This document shows, one piece after another, positions 1 through 13,520 of a stretch of DNA of 57,128 bases (the stretch's first letter is position 1; each line of letters opens with the position of its first letter). Source of the DNA: Candidatus Sericytochromatia bacterium (GTDB taxonomy: Bacteria; Cyanobacteriota; Sericytochromatia; S15B-MN24; VGJW01). The position numbers and the translations under genes were made by a program. The notes below the pieces were generated by a model. The model did no database searches and had not been told where the DNA came from. It was given only the letters and a program-made list of their open reading frames with translations. The stretch covers positions 1 to 57,128 of the forward strand of contig JAYKHS010000012.1 in NCBI GenBank assembly GCA_035285865.1, written 5' to 3'.

Positions 1-5443
<5,443 letters not shown>

Positions 5444-5449
<6 letters not shown>

Positions 5450-5487
5450 GTCTGCTATGTTTGTTATATTTGCTTGATTGTCAAGCA
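5444..5487. promoter_or_regulatory. Candidate operator/promoter of hsdMSR and the divergent gene
   Basis: Perfect inverted repeat TGCTTGA-TTG-TCAAGCA (5471-5487) overlapping a minus-strand TTGACA (5484-5479); four degenerate 9-bp direct repeats TGTCATGTC/TGCTATGTT/TGTTATATT/TGCTTGATT (5444-5479). Confidence 0.55.
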
Positions 5488-5535
5488 GAATTTGGCGATG
5501 GGGTACCCCACCGCCTCCGGAATAGGAGAGCAGAC

Positions 5536-6045
5536 ATGAGCGGGAACCGATGGGACACAGCTGGCGTGCCGCACAAGGGGTGGACGTGCGTTGACGTCAT
5601 CGACTTGCGGGCCGATGGCGGGCCGGCGGACGAGACCGACTACGCCACCTGCCAGATGTGCGGCAACGAGAAGATCCGCTACGTCCACGTCATGGAGCAC
5701 CCGGATCTGCACCAGCCCCTCGAAGTTGGCTGCGTCTGCGCGGAGAAGATGAGTGACGACTACGAGGGACCGAAACGGCGTGAGGCTAGGCTGCGCAATC
5801 GGGCAACACGACGGACCCGCTGGCTGCAACGTACCTGGCGCAGGTCGGCCAAAGGCAACAGCTTCCTCAACCTCGAAGGCTACAACCTGGTGGTGTATCC
5901 GACGAAGACGGGGCGCTGGGGTTACAAGATCGGGGATCGATTCGGCCCGAGGACATACCCGACGGCCAATGAAGCCAAGCTGGCGCTGTTCGATGACTTC
6001 TGGATGGCGACTCAGGACGACGAAAGGCTGTGGTCGTCTGACTGA
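5536..6045 (+). CDS. Hypothetical protein with putative Zn-binding motif (CxxC...H...CxC)
   Basis: AGGAG at 5524-5528 before ATG 5536; [19 protein letters not shown]...VGCVCAEKM; divergent from hsdM. Confidence 0.8.
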   Translation: MSGNRWDTAGVPHKGWTCVDVIDLRADGGPADETDYATCQMCGNEKIRYVHVMEHPDLHQPLEVGCVCAEKMSDDYEGPKRREARLRNRATRRTRWLQRTWRRSAKGNSFLNLEGYNLVVYPTKTGRWGYKIGDRFGPRTYPTANEAKLALFDDFWMATQDDERLWSSD

Positions 6046-6256
6046 TAAGCGGACGCGGGTTCAATTCCGCAAATGGCAATCGAACTGGCGGCTGATTTCA
6101 GGCACATCGCTGATGCCAACCGGAGGTGGGAACTGGTAGGATTGTTGGCATCAGGGGCTGGATTCCGCACCTTTCCGCAGGAGTTCGCAGCGGTTCTAAG
6201 GCGCTGAGTTACATGGGTTTGGCGCAGGGTTCCACCCCACTGCCGAGAAGGACTGG

Positions 6257-6952
6257 GTGGTGATGGGCGTCTCGGGTCAAGCCCTGCGGGTCTGGGTCCG
6301 CTGGGTGGCGGACGCGGGTATGGCCGAAGAGGTCTTCGAGGTGGCGGCCTCCGATGGCAAGGTGCTGGATGCGGTGTGGGGTCCGGCTGGTGAGGGCGTG
6401 CATCTTGCGCAGCCCGTGAAGGGCGACTGGCCCGGCGGTGCCAGAGCAGGCCTGCATGTCAGCACCGGGGAGAGGTTGTCGGACCTCCTCGTCGCCTTGA
6501 GGCGAGCTGCCGAGGAGGCCCATGGGCGCAGTCTGACCCTGCTGCAGCGCGAGGTCGACGTGACGGAGGCCGAAGCCCTCGTCCGCCAGCGACGCGGCCA
6601 GGACCTGTTCCGCGAGCGCCTTATCCAGGTCTGGGGTGGCCGATGCGCCGTGACGGGGCTGGCCGTGCCCGAACTGCTGCGGGCCAGCCACGCCAAGCCG
6701 TGGAAGGATGCCACGGACGCCGAGCGACTGGATCCCTTCAACGGATTGCTGCTGGCGGCGCATCTGGACGCGGCATTCGACCAGGGGTTGATGGCTGTGG
6801 CCGAGGACGGAGCCCTGTTGTGGTCTCCGGCACTGGGTGATGGCGAACGTGCGTGTCTCGGGATTGCCGATGGCCTGCGGGTGGAGGGGCTGACGCCCCA
6901 GCACCAGAGGTATCTGGCCTACCACCGGGAGCGGTGTTTCAGGGGGGTATGA
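6257..6952 (+). CDS. HNH endonuclease (restriction-type HNH_2-like); true start uncertain, N-terminus possibly damaged
   Basis: C-terminal RRGQDLFRERL...CAVTG...LLRASHAKPW...RLDPFNGLLLAAHLDAAFDQG...YLAYHR is typical of this HNH family. The frame is open back to a TAA at 6197-6199 with no earlier start. Confidence 0.85.
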   Translation: MVMGVSGQALRVWVRWVADAGMAEEVFEVAASDGKVLDAVWGPAGEGVHLAQPVKGDWPGGARAGLHVSTGERLSDLLVALRRAAEEAHGRSLTLLQREVDVTEAEALVRQRRGQDLFRERLIQVWGGRCAVTGLAVPELLRASHAKPWKDATDAERLDPFNGLLLAAHLDAAFDQGLMAVAEDGALLWSPALGDGERACLGIADGLRVEGLTPQHQRYLAYHRERCFRGV

Positions 6953-8883
6953 AGGTGCACGACGCCGACATCGTGGCGCTCGATCTCGCGCTTTCCCGGT
7001 GGGAAAGGGCAGAAGGTGTTCCGGAGTGGCCTTGGGTGGACGTCGAGGCCCTGGGTTCGGGCCATCCGCTGGCGGAGCTGGCGTTGCAGAAGGCGGTGGT
7101 CAGTGGTGTCCGTCGAGATGACTGGGATCACGTGTGGATTCCGGTCACGGCGTTGTCTCCACGCTGGGTCGCAGAGCATCTGATGGAGCAGACAGAGGCC
7201 TGGGACGATCTGGTGGCGCACATCCGACCCATCGCCGACCGGGTGTGTCCCCTGCCGCAAGAGGCTTGGCTGCGGATGCTGGCCTCGAGTTTCTCATTCT
7301 CCTCCGATTGGCAGGAATGTCTTCATGATGCGCTGGTCCATGCACGGGCCAGCTCACTGGACGGGATACGTGACCGACTGCCGATTCAATCGTTCGATGT
7401 CGGCGTCAGGGGACGGCCGACGGCCGAGGCGCTGGAGCTGATCTTGGGGGCGCTGCCCGGATATTCGGTCATCTCCGAGGCGGGCCTGCCGGCTGTGATC
7501 GTCGAGGTGACGCAGGTCTCCGCGGAGACCTGGCGGCAGGCCTTGCAGGACCTTAAGGATGCCAAGCTGGGAGATCGGGACGAGACACCGAGCAAACGAA
7601 GGCTGCTCGAACTCGGTCATCATCGCGATGATCTCGAGGAACTCTGGAACAAGCTACCGGGGCCCGTCCGGCTCGAGCTTCCGACCTGTCCGGATACTGT
7701 ACGGTCCTTGGATTCGACCGTCCCGAGCAAGGTCTTGAGGTCTGTCGAGCCCTATCTCGGTGACCTTGCACGCATTCTGCCGACACTTGGAGAGTCCGGC
7801 GCGTTGCCCCTGATCGGCGGTCAGGAACTGGACTCCTTGACACTACACCGGTATCTCGAGAAGGCACTCCCGACGGCACGCCGGTTTGTTCAAGGCGCAC
7901 TCAAGGACGTCCTCCCCTTCTTCCACAGCTGGTTGAAGCAGGCCGTCCCCGGAGAGTCCGATCGCTTGCTGCTGGTGCTTGCGGAGAAGCTGTCGGGCGA
8001 ACCGACGATGGCCGAGGCGGTCGCCCTGATGCAGATTGCCGCTTTGGTACCTCCCGAAGGGATCAAGGTCCAGAGTCGGGAGCCCGTGCTGGTCTCCGTC
8101 GACGGGCCCGGCCAGTCGTGGCTGGACGAGTGGATCAGCCCCCGAGTCTCGGTGGTCCCCAAAAAGGAAACTTGGGTATCCGTGGATGAGTTCTATCGGG
8201 AAGTCACGCGCGAGGTCTTCCTGCGAAGGCCATTCCACGAAGTCGATCCTTTCTGGTCGCTGTTGGAGGATGTCTTCGTGGATGCAACTGTGACGCCTGA
8301 GATGGGTCGTCTGAAGGTTGATCTCGATGTAAGTCTCCGGCGCCTTGACCACGGAAGACAGACCTTGGTGCAGCGGGGCTACCTGAAGCACTACGAGACA
8401 TTTCGTCTTGCGGGGAATCGCATGGCCGAGATCCTGACCCATCTTGGTGAGGCCATCTCTCTGGTTGACCTGATCGAGGATGTCTGCCGACACGCGAACA
8501 TTCACAAGCCGACCAGCTCCTCCCAAGTGCGCCGGATGGTGGCATGCCTCAAGCTGCATCCCGTGAAGGAAGACCACATCAGTTGTCGGTTGGTCATGCC
8601 GCGACAGTGGCAGATTGTTCGCGTTCATCCGGACGGCCAGCCTGATTCGCTCTGGCTGTGCCCCAAGGACAAGGCGCACAGAAACAAGCGCCGGGAGTGG
8701 CCGGATGATCGCGATCGCATGGAACTTCAGTTGAATTTGTCTCGTTGGCAGGGCATGCCTGGAGCCCCGTCGGGCGGAGCAGTGGATGCACGCGTAGACG
8801 ATCTCTGGCGGCGATCCGTCGAAGCAGCCCGCGCCCTCAGTCCGGTTTCCCTGGATTCGGTTTCCACCCCCATCCGCGGCTGA
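6949..8883 (+). CDS. Hypothetical protein (644 aa, no recognisable domain)
   Basis: ATG 6949 overlaps the HNH stop (ATGA); long ORF with protein-like composition. Confidence 0.75.
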   Translation: MKVHDADIVALDLALSRWERAEGVPEWPWVDVEALGSGHPLAELALQKAVVSGVRRDDWDHVWIPVTALSPRWVAEHLMEQTEAWDDLVAHIRPIADRVCPLPQEAWLRMLASSFSFSSDWQECLHDALVHARASSLDGIRDRLPIQSFDVGVRGRPTAEALELILGALPGYSVISEAGLPAVIVEVTQVSAETWRQALQDLKDAKLGDRDETPSKRRLLELGHHRDDLEELWNKLPGPVRLELPTCPDTVRSLDSTVPSKVLRSVEPYLGDLARILPTLGESGALPLIGGQELDSLTLHRYLEKALPTARRFVQGALKDVLPFFHSWLKQAVPGESDRLLLVLAEKLSGEPTMAEAVALMQIAALVPPEGIKVQSREPVLVSVDGPGQSWLDEWISPRVSVVPKKETWVSVDEFYREVTREVFLRRPFHEVDPFWSLLEDVFVDATVTPEMGRLKVDLDVSLRRLDHGRQTLVQRGYLKHYETFRLAGNRMAEILTHLGEAISLVDLIEDVCRHANIHKPTSSSQVRRMVACLKLHPVKEDHISCRLVMPRQWQIVRVHPDGQPDSLWLCPKDKAHRNKRREWPDDRDRMELQLNLSRWQGMPGAPSGGAVDARVDDLWRRSVEAARALSPVSLDSVSTPIRG

Positions 8884-9051
8884 ACCAGAAGCCGAAGCAT
8901 GGGCGTGGGGCGGCGTGGTGTGTGCGGCTGTGCATGGGTTGTGTCACGGTGGATCGATTGGCGTCTGCTCCGGCGGCGAACCGGACCGTTGCCTGCACTC
9001 CTTTTGCCGCACTGATGGACTTGTCAGCCCCGCCTCGGTGAACGTGGATGG

Positions 9052-9954
9052 ATGCCAGCGAGCCCCCTGCACGAGGTCCTGATCGAGTTGTTGCGGCAAG
9101 TGCCCGACCAGCTCGCTCCGGCTCTGGCGCGGGCGCTTCCCGATCTGGACCCGGCCTTGCCAGTCACCTTGGTGGACGTGTCCGCATCCGAGCCCATCGT
9201 GGTCGAGCGCCGGGCGGACCTTGTCATGCTGATCGGGGAGACGGCCCGGCCTCGGCTGATTGTGGTCGTGGAGATCCAACTGGGCAGGGACAATGACAAG
9301 CTGTACTCGTGGCCGCAGTACGTGGTCGCGATGCGCCAGCGTTGGCGATGCGAGGTCGCGTTGCTCGTGATTGCGCCCGACCCCAAGGTGGCAGCCTGGG
9401 CCCGTAAGCCCATCTGCCTCGACCGGAGGGGCAGTCAGGTCGTACCGCTGGTGCTGGGCAGCGAGGACTTCCCCCGCCCGGACCTCAAGGCCTTGTCCGG
9501 CCATCCCCACGCGACGGTTTTCCACGCCTTGCTGCACTGTCGAGACCGTGGGGATTTGCCCTTGCTGGAGCAGGCGCTGATTGATGTCAAAGCGTTGCCC
9601 AACCCGGAACGGGTGGGCTACTATGAAATCCTGCGGCGTTGTCTCTCCCCGTCGTTTCTTGAGCTTGCGGAGGTGGCGATGAGCATGGAGCAAACGCGGT
9701 TCTACCAGGAGTTGGTCGAGCGCCTGAGGGCCGAAGGCAAGGCCGAGGCTGAGGCCAGGGGCGAACTGCTGGGGCGTCGCTCTCAGGCCCTTAGGGCCAT
9801 CTCCAGGCTGCTGGGCAGGCGCTTGGCCCTCCCCGGCCCTGAGGCATTGGCGAGGATGGAGACTCTGCCGTTGGAGACATTGGAACAGCTCCTTGAGGAC
9901 CTGCTGGAGTTCTCGGGACCGGAAGGCCTCGAGGATTGGTTGTCCCGGCATTGA
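9052..9954 (+). CDS. Rpn-like PD-(D/E)xK nuclease with DUF4351-like C-terminus, copy 1
   Basis: LHE...ERRADLV...VVEIQ (D...ExQ variant typical of Rpn); C-terminal EG..EG coil then LPLETLEQLLEDLLEF...LEDWL. Confidence 0.8.
   Translation: MPASPLHEVLIELLRQVPDQLAPALARALPDLDPALPVTLVDVSASEPIVVERRADLVMLIGETARPRLIVVVEIQLGRDNDKLYSWPQYVVAMRQRWRCEVALLVIAPDPKVAAWARKPICLDRRGSQVVPLVLGSEDFPRPDLKALSGHPHATVFHALLHCRDRGDLPLLEQALIDVKALPNPERVGYYEILRRCLSPSFLELAEVAMSMEQTRFYQELVERLRAEGKAEAEARGELLGRRSQALRAISRLLGRRLALPGPEALARMETLPLETLEQLLEDLLEFSGPEGLEDWLSRH
9679..9954 (+). CDS. Putative internally initiated small protein (RpnS-like antitoxin), 91 aa
   Basis: GGAGGT at 9669-9674 then in-frame ATG at 9679 (second ATG at 9685). 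Confidence 0.6.
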   Translation: MSMEQTRFYQELVERLRAEGKAEAEARGELLGRRSQALRAISRLLGRRLALPGPEALARMETLPLETLEQLLEDLLEFSGPEGLEDWLSRH

Positions 9955-10014
9955 GCTTGGGCGTTCGAGCGCATCCTTCTCGACCGCTTCCCTTGCCCCG
10001 ACAGAATCGCGTGT

Positions 10015-10036
10015 CTCGGTTGCCCGAGTTCCTTTT
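10015..10036 (+). terminator. Possible weak intrinsic terminator between Rpn-like copies (repeated at 11046-11067)
   Basis: CTCGG-TTGC-CCGAG hairpin followed by TTCCTTTT in both spacers; the stem is only 5 bp. Confidence 0.35.
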
Positions 10037-10082
10037 CCCGCACTGATGGATTTGTCAGCCCCGCCTCGGTGAACTTGGATGG

Positions 10083-10985
10083 ATGCCACCGAGCCCCCTG
10101 CACGAGGTCCTGATCGAGTTGTTGCGGCAAGTGCCCGACCAGCTCGCTCCGGCTCTGGCGCGGGCGCTTCCCGATCTGGACCCGACCCTGCCTGTGACCT
10201 TCGTGGACGGTTCGGCCTCCGAGCCCTTGGTGGTGGAGCGCCGGGCGGACCTTGTCATGCGGATCGCGGAGACGGCCCGGCCTCGGCTGATCGTGGTCGT
10301 GGAGATCCAACTGGGCAGGGACAACGACAGGCTGTTCTCGTGGCCTCAATATGTCGTGGCCATGCGCCAGCGTTGGCGATGCGAGGTCGCGTTGCTCGTG
10401 ATCGCGCCCGACCCCAAGGTGGCAGCCTGGACCCGCAAGCCCATCCGCCTCGACCAGCGCGGCAGCCAGATCGTGCCGTTGGTGTTGGGCGGTGAGGACT
10501 TCCCCCGGATGTCGCTGGTGGATCTCGCCGGCCATCCCCACGCGACGGTTTTCCACGCATTGCTGCACTGTCGGGAGCGCGAGGACTTGCCCTTGCTGGA
10601 GCAGGCGCTGAATGATGTCAAAGCGTTGCCCGACCCGGATCGGGTGGGCTACTATGAAATCCTGCGGCGCTGTCTCTCCCCGTCGTTTCTTGAGCTTGCG
10701 GAGGTGGCGATGAGCATGGAGCAAACGCGGTTCTACCAAGAGCTGGTCGAGCGTCTCAAGGCTGAAGGCGAGGCCATTGGCAAAGCCGAGGGCGAGCAGG
10801 TAGGGCGCAAGGCGCAACTGCTCAGAACGGTCACGCGTCAACTTGGCCGACGTGTCGCTCTGCCCGGCCCCGAGGCCTTGGCGATGATGGAAGCCCTGCC
10901 ATTGGAAGCTCTGGAGCAACTGGCAGAGGACCTGCTGGACTTCTCGGGACCGGAATGCCTCGAGGATTGGTTGTCCCGGCATTGA
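10083..10985 (+). CDS. Rpn-like PD-(D/E)xK nuclease with DUF4351-like C-terminus, copy 2
   Basis: Same motifs as copy 1; most divergent in the C-terminal region (GEAIGKAEGEQVGRKAQLLRTVTRQL). Confidence 0.8.
   Translation: MPPSPLHEVLIELLRQVPDQLAPALARALPDLDPTLPVTFVDGSASEPLVVERRADLVMRIAETARPRLIVVVEIQLGRDNDRLFSWPQYVVAMRQRWRCEVALLVIAPDPKVAAWTRKPIRLDQRGSQIVPLVLGGEDFPRMSLVDLAGHPHATVFHALLHCREREDLPLLEQALNDVKALPDPDRVGYYEILRRCLSPSFLELAEVAMSMEQTRFYQELVERLKAEGEAIGKAEGEQVGRKAQLLRTVTRQLGRRVALPGPEALAMMEALPLEALEQLAEDLLDFSGPECLEDWLSRH
10710..10985 (+). CDS. Putative internally initiated small protein (RpnS-like), 91 aa
   Basis: GGAGGT-GGCG-ATG conserved at the equivalent position, in frame. Confidence 0.6.
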   Translation: MSMEQTRFYQELVERLKAEGEAIGKAEGEQVGRKAQLLRTVTRQLGRRVALPGPEALAMMEALPLEALEQLAEDLLDFSGPECLEDWLSRH

Positions 10986-11113
10986 GCTTGGGCGTTCGAG
11001 CGCATCCTTCTCGACCGCTTCCATTGCCCCGACCGAATGGCGTGTCTCGGTTGCCCGAGTTCCTTTTGCCACACTGATGGACCTGTCAGCCCCGCGTCGG
11101 TGAACGTGGAGGC

Positions 11114-12052
11114 ATGGCTCCAAGCCCCCTGCACGAGGTCCTGATCGAGTTGCTGCGGCAAGTGCCGGACCAGCTCGCCCCGGCCTTGGCACGGGTGGTT
11201 CCCGGCCTGGATCCGACCCTGCCTGTCACCTTCGTGGACGCGTCCGCATCCGAGCCCGTCGTGGTGGAGCGCCGGGCGGACCTTGTCATGCTGATCGGGG
11301 AGACGGCCCGGCCTCGGCTGATCGTGATCGTGGAGATCCAACTGGGCAGGGACAACGACAAGCACTACTCATGGCCGCAGTACGTGGTCGCGATGCGGCA
11401 GCGTTGGCGATGCGAGGTCGCGTTGCTCGTCATCGCGCCCGACCCAGAGGTTGCAGCCTGGGCCCGCAAGCCCATCCGCCTAGACTGGCGGGGTAGTCAG
11501 GTCGTGCCGCTGGTGCTGGGCAGCGGGGACTTCCCCCGGATCTCGCTGGCGGACCTCGCCGGCCATCCCCACGCGACGGTTTTCCATGCCTTGCTGCACT
11601 GTCGGGATCGCGGGGATTTGCCCTTGCTGGAGCAAGCGCTGAATGATATCAAAGCGTTGCCCGACCCGGATCGAGTGGGCTACTATGAAGTCCTGCGGAG
11701 GTGTCTCTCCCCGTCGTTTCTCGGTCTTGCGGAGGTGGCGATGAGTCTGGAGCACACGCGGTTCTACCAAGAGTTGGTCGCTCGCCTGAGGGCAGAGGGT
11801 GAAGCCTTGGGCGAGGCGAGGGGCGAAGCTAGGGGCGAGGCTAAGGGCGAGGCCAAGGGCGAGCTTCAGGGCCGTAGATCGCAGGCGCTGCGGGCAATCT
11901 CTCTGCTGTCGGGCAGACGCTTTGGTCTGCCTGGTCCCGAGGCTCTGGCGAAGATGGAGGTGCTGCCGTTGGAGACGTTGGAGCAGCTTCTGGAGGACCT
12001 GCTGGATTTCACCGGACCCGAAGACCTCGAGGCTTGGCTGGCGCGGCACTGA
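11114..12052 (+). CDS. Rpn-like PD-(D/E)xK nuclease with DUF4351-like C-terminus, copy 3
   Basis: Same motifs; 12 aa longer because of GEAR/GEAK tetrapeptide expansion. Confidence 0.8.
   Translation: MAPSPLHEVLIELLRQVPDQLAPALARVVPGLDPTLPVTFVDASASEPVVVERRADLVMLIGETARPRLIVIVEIQLGRDNDKHYSWPQYVVAMRQRWRCEVALLVIAPDPEVAAWARKPIRLDWRGSQVVPLVLGSGDFPRISLADLAGHPHATVFHALLHCRDRGDLPLLEQALNDIKALPDPDRVGYYEVLRRCLSPSFLGLAEVAMSLEHTRFYQELVARLRAEGEALGEARGEARGEAKGEAKGELQGRRSQALRAISLLSGRRFGLPGPEALAKMEVLPLETLEQLLEDLLDFTGPEDLEAWLARH
11741..12052 (+). CDS. Putative internally initiated small protein (RpnS-like), 103 aa
   Basis: GGAGGT (11731-11736)-GGCG-ATG 11741, in frame; conserved although neighbouring codons differ. 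Confidence 0.6.
   Translation: MSLEHTRFYQELVARLRAEGEALGEARGEARGEAKGEAKGELQGRRSQALRAISLLSGRRFGLPGPEALAKMEVLPLETLEQLLEDLLDFTGPEDLEAWLARH
11798..11869 (+). repeat. Imperfect 12-bp coding tandem repeat (GEAL-GEAR-GEAR-GEAK-GEAK-GELQ)
   Basis: ggcgaggcgagg/ggcgaagctagg/ggcgaggctaag/ggcgaggccaag at 11810-11857. Confidence 0.9.
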
Positions 12053-12138
12053 GTCCGGCGAGCCCGGCGGCTCGCTGCACCTCGGGTTGAGGTGGATGCC
12101 GGGGCATCCGTCATGCCCGTCGGGACGGGCGCCAAGGC

Positions 12139-13461
12139 TCAGTTTGCCGCCAATGCCCGGAAGTAGTGCCCGAAGGCCTTCATGCCGCCTTGAGCCATCG
12201 GCCAATCAAAGTTCTCGTTGGGAGCGTGGTAGCCGTGCTCAGGCAGGGACAGGCCCATGAACAGCACCGGGCATGCCCATCGATTGGCCATCCGCACCAC
12301 GGCGCCGATGCTGCCGCCCTCGCGAACGAATGAAGGGGCCTTGCCGAAGGCGTGATGCAGGGCAGCCGCAAGATGCGGCAGTTGCGGCGCATCGGCCGGA
12401 CAGAGGTAGGGCTCCAGCCCCGGTCCCGACACCACCTCCACCTCGGGGTGGTGCACCGCCACGAACTCGCGAACACGTTGCATGGCGCCCTGCGCCGTCA
12501 TGTCCGGTACCAGGCGCATGCTCATCTTGGCCTCGCCCCACGGCGGGACCGCCGACTTCACGCCGGGCCCCTGGTAGCCACCGGCGAGGCCATGCAGCTC
12601 CATCGTGGGCAACGTCCAGAGCTTCTGCGTCACCGTGCGTGGGTCAAGATCGCGCAGGCTGAGGAGGCCGTGGGCCTTGCGGAATCGATCGACGTCGAAG
12701 CCGGCACGCACGAAGTCTTCGAGCGTCGCCTCGTCGGTATGCCGCACGCCGTCGTAGAATCCCGGAATCTTCACCCGGCCCGACTCGGCATCGACCATCG
12801 CCGCGATGAGTTCGGCAAGTTCGAGCAGCGGATTGCGTGCTGCACCGCCGACCAGGCCGGAGTGTGTGTCGTGGCTGGCCGTCCTGAGGTTCAGCGTGAA
12901 CGTCTGCATGCCCCTCAGGCCCAGCGGGCTCGCGGGCACGTCCCGAGAAATCCAGATGGTGTCGGATACCAGAACGGAGTCGAAGGGTCCCGGAATTCCG
13001 GCGAGGGCCTCATCGAAATTGGGACTGCCGATTTCTTCCTCGAACTCCCAGATGAAGTGGATGTCGAGGGGGACGCCCGCCTCGTGGGCCTCGGCTGCCG
13101 CGAAGAGCGCCGCAAGGGCCGGTCCCTTGTCATCGGTGGCACCGCGTCCGTGCCAGGTGTCGCCCACTTCGGTCAGCACGAAGGGGTCCGTGCGCCATTC
13201 CGGTTCATTGGCCGGCTGGACATCCATGTGGTTGTAGATGGCGATGGCCCGGGTGGCGCCCTCGGCCTTGAATACTCCGTGCACCGTCGGCCAGCCGGCC
13301 GTACGCATCACGGTCGCCTGTCCGCCAAGGGCTCTGATGGTTGCAGCCGCCCACTCTGCGCCCTGCTCGATGTCCTTGGCCCTTCCCGGGTCCATGCTCA
13401 CGGTCGGAATCCCGACGCCCTCGGCAAGAAGGCTGCGGAAGCGTTCGCGGTCAACGGTCAT
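12139..13461 (-). CDS. M20 family metallopeptidase (dipeptidase/ArgE-DapE-like)
   Basis: YNHMDVQP, GRGATDDKG, EFEEEIGS, HSG, HAPNE motifs. Confidence 0.93.
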   Translation of the reverse strand: MTVDRERFRSLLAEGVGIPTVSMDPGRAKDIEQGAEWAAATIRALGGQATVMRTAGWPTVHGVFKAEGATRAIAIYNHMDVQPANEPEWRTDPFVLTEVGDTWHGRGATDDKGPALAALFAAAEAHEAGVPLDIHFIWEFEEEIGSPNFDEALAGIPGPFDSVLVSDTIWISRDVPASPLGLRGMQTFTLNLRTASHDTHSGLVGGAARNPLLELAELIAAMVDAESGRVKIPGFYDGVRHTDEATLEDFVRAGFDVDRFRKAHGLLSLRDLDPRTVTQKLWTLPTMELHGLAGGYQGPGVKSAVPPWGEAKMSMRLVPDMTAQGAMQRVREFVAVHHPEVEVVSGPGLEPYLCPADAPQLPHLAAALHHAFGKAPSFVREGGSIGAVVRMANRWACPVLFMGLSLPEHGYHAPNENFDWPMAQGGMKAFGHYFRALAAN

Positions 13462-13520
13462 CGTAGGCTCGTCTGGGTGGTTGGTGGGCTGCGTGTTGGG
13501 CCAGATGGCGGGATTCAGAG

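Larger units (their letters stand above)
8988..12052 (+). repeat. Tandem triplication, 1031-bp period (upstream element plus Rpn-like gene)
   Basis: Starts at 9052/10083/11114 and upstream TCCTTTT(G/C)CC at 8999/10030/11061 are all 1031 bp apart; the two spacers are nearly identical. Confidence 0.97.

Noticed and set aside
8988..12052. Reading the triplicated unit as an insertion sequence or CRISPR-like array
   Set aside because: No terminal inverted repeats, target-site duplications or DDE/HUH motifs seen; the units are whole genes, not short repeats with unique spacers.
12053..12138. Several short palindromes after the third Rpn-like gene
   Set aside because: GC-rich hairpins between convergent genes; probably terminator-like or chance, with no repetition elsewhere to support a REP or att call.
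8944..12205. Repeated minus-strand ORFs (381, 469 and 241 aa) across the triplication
   Set aside because: Antisense shadows of the Rpn-like genes; their starts and stops differ between units.
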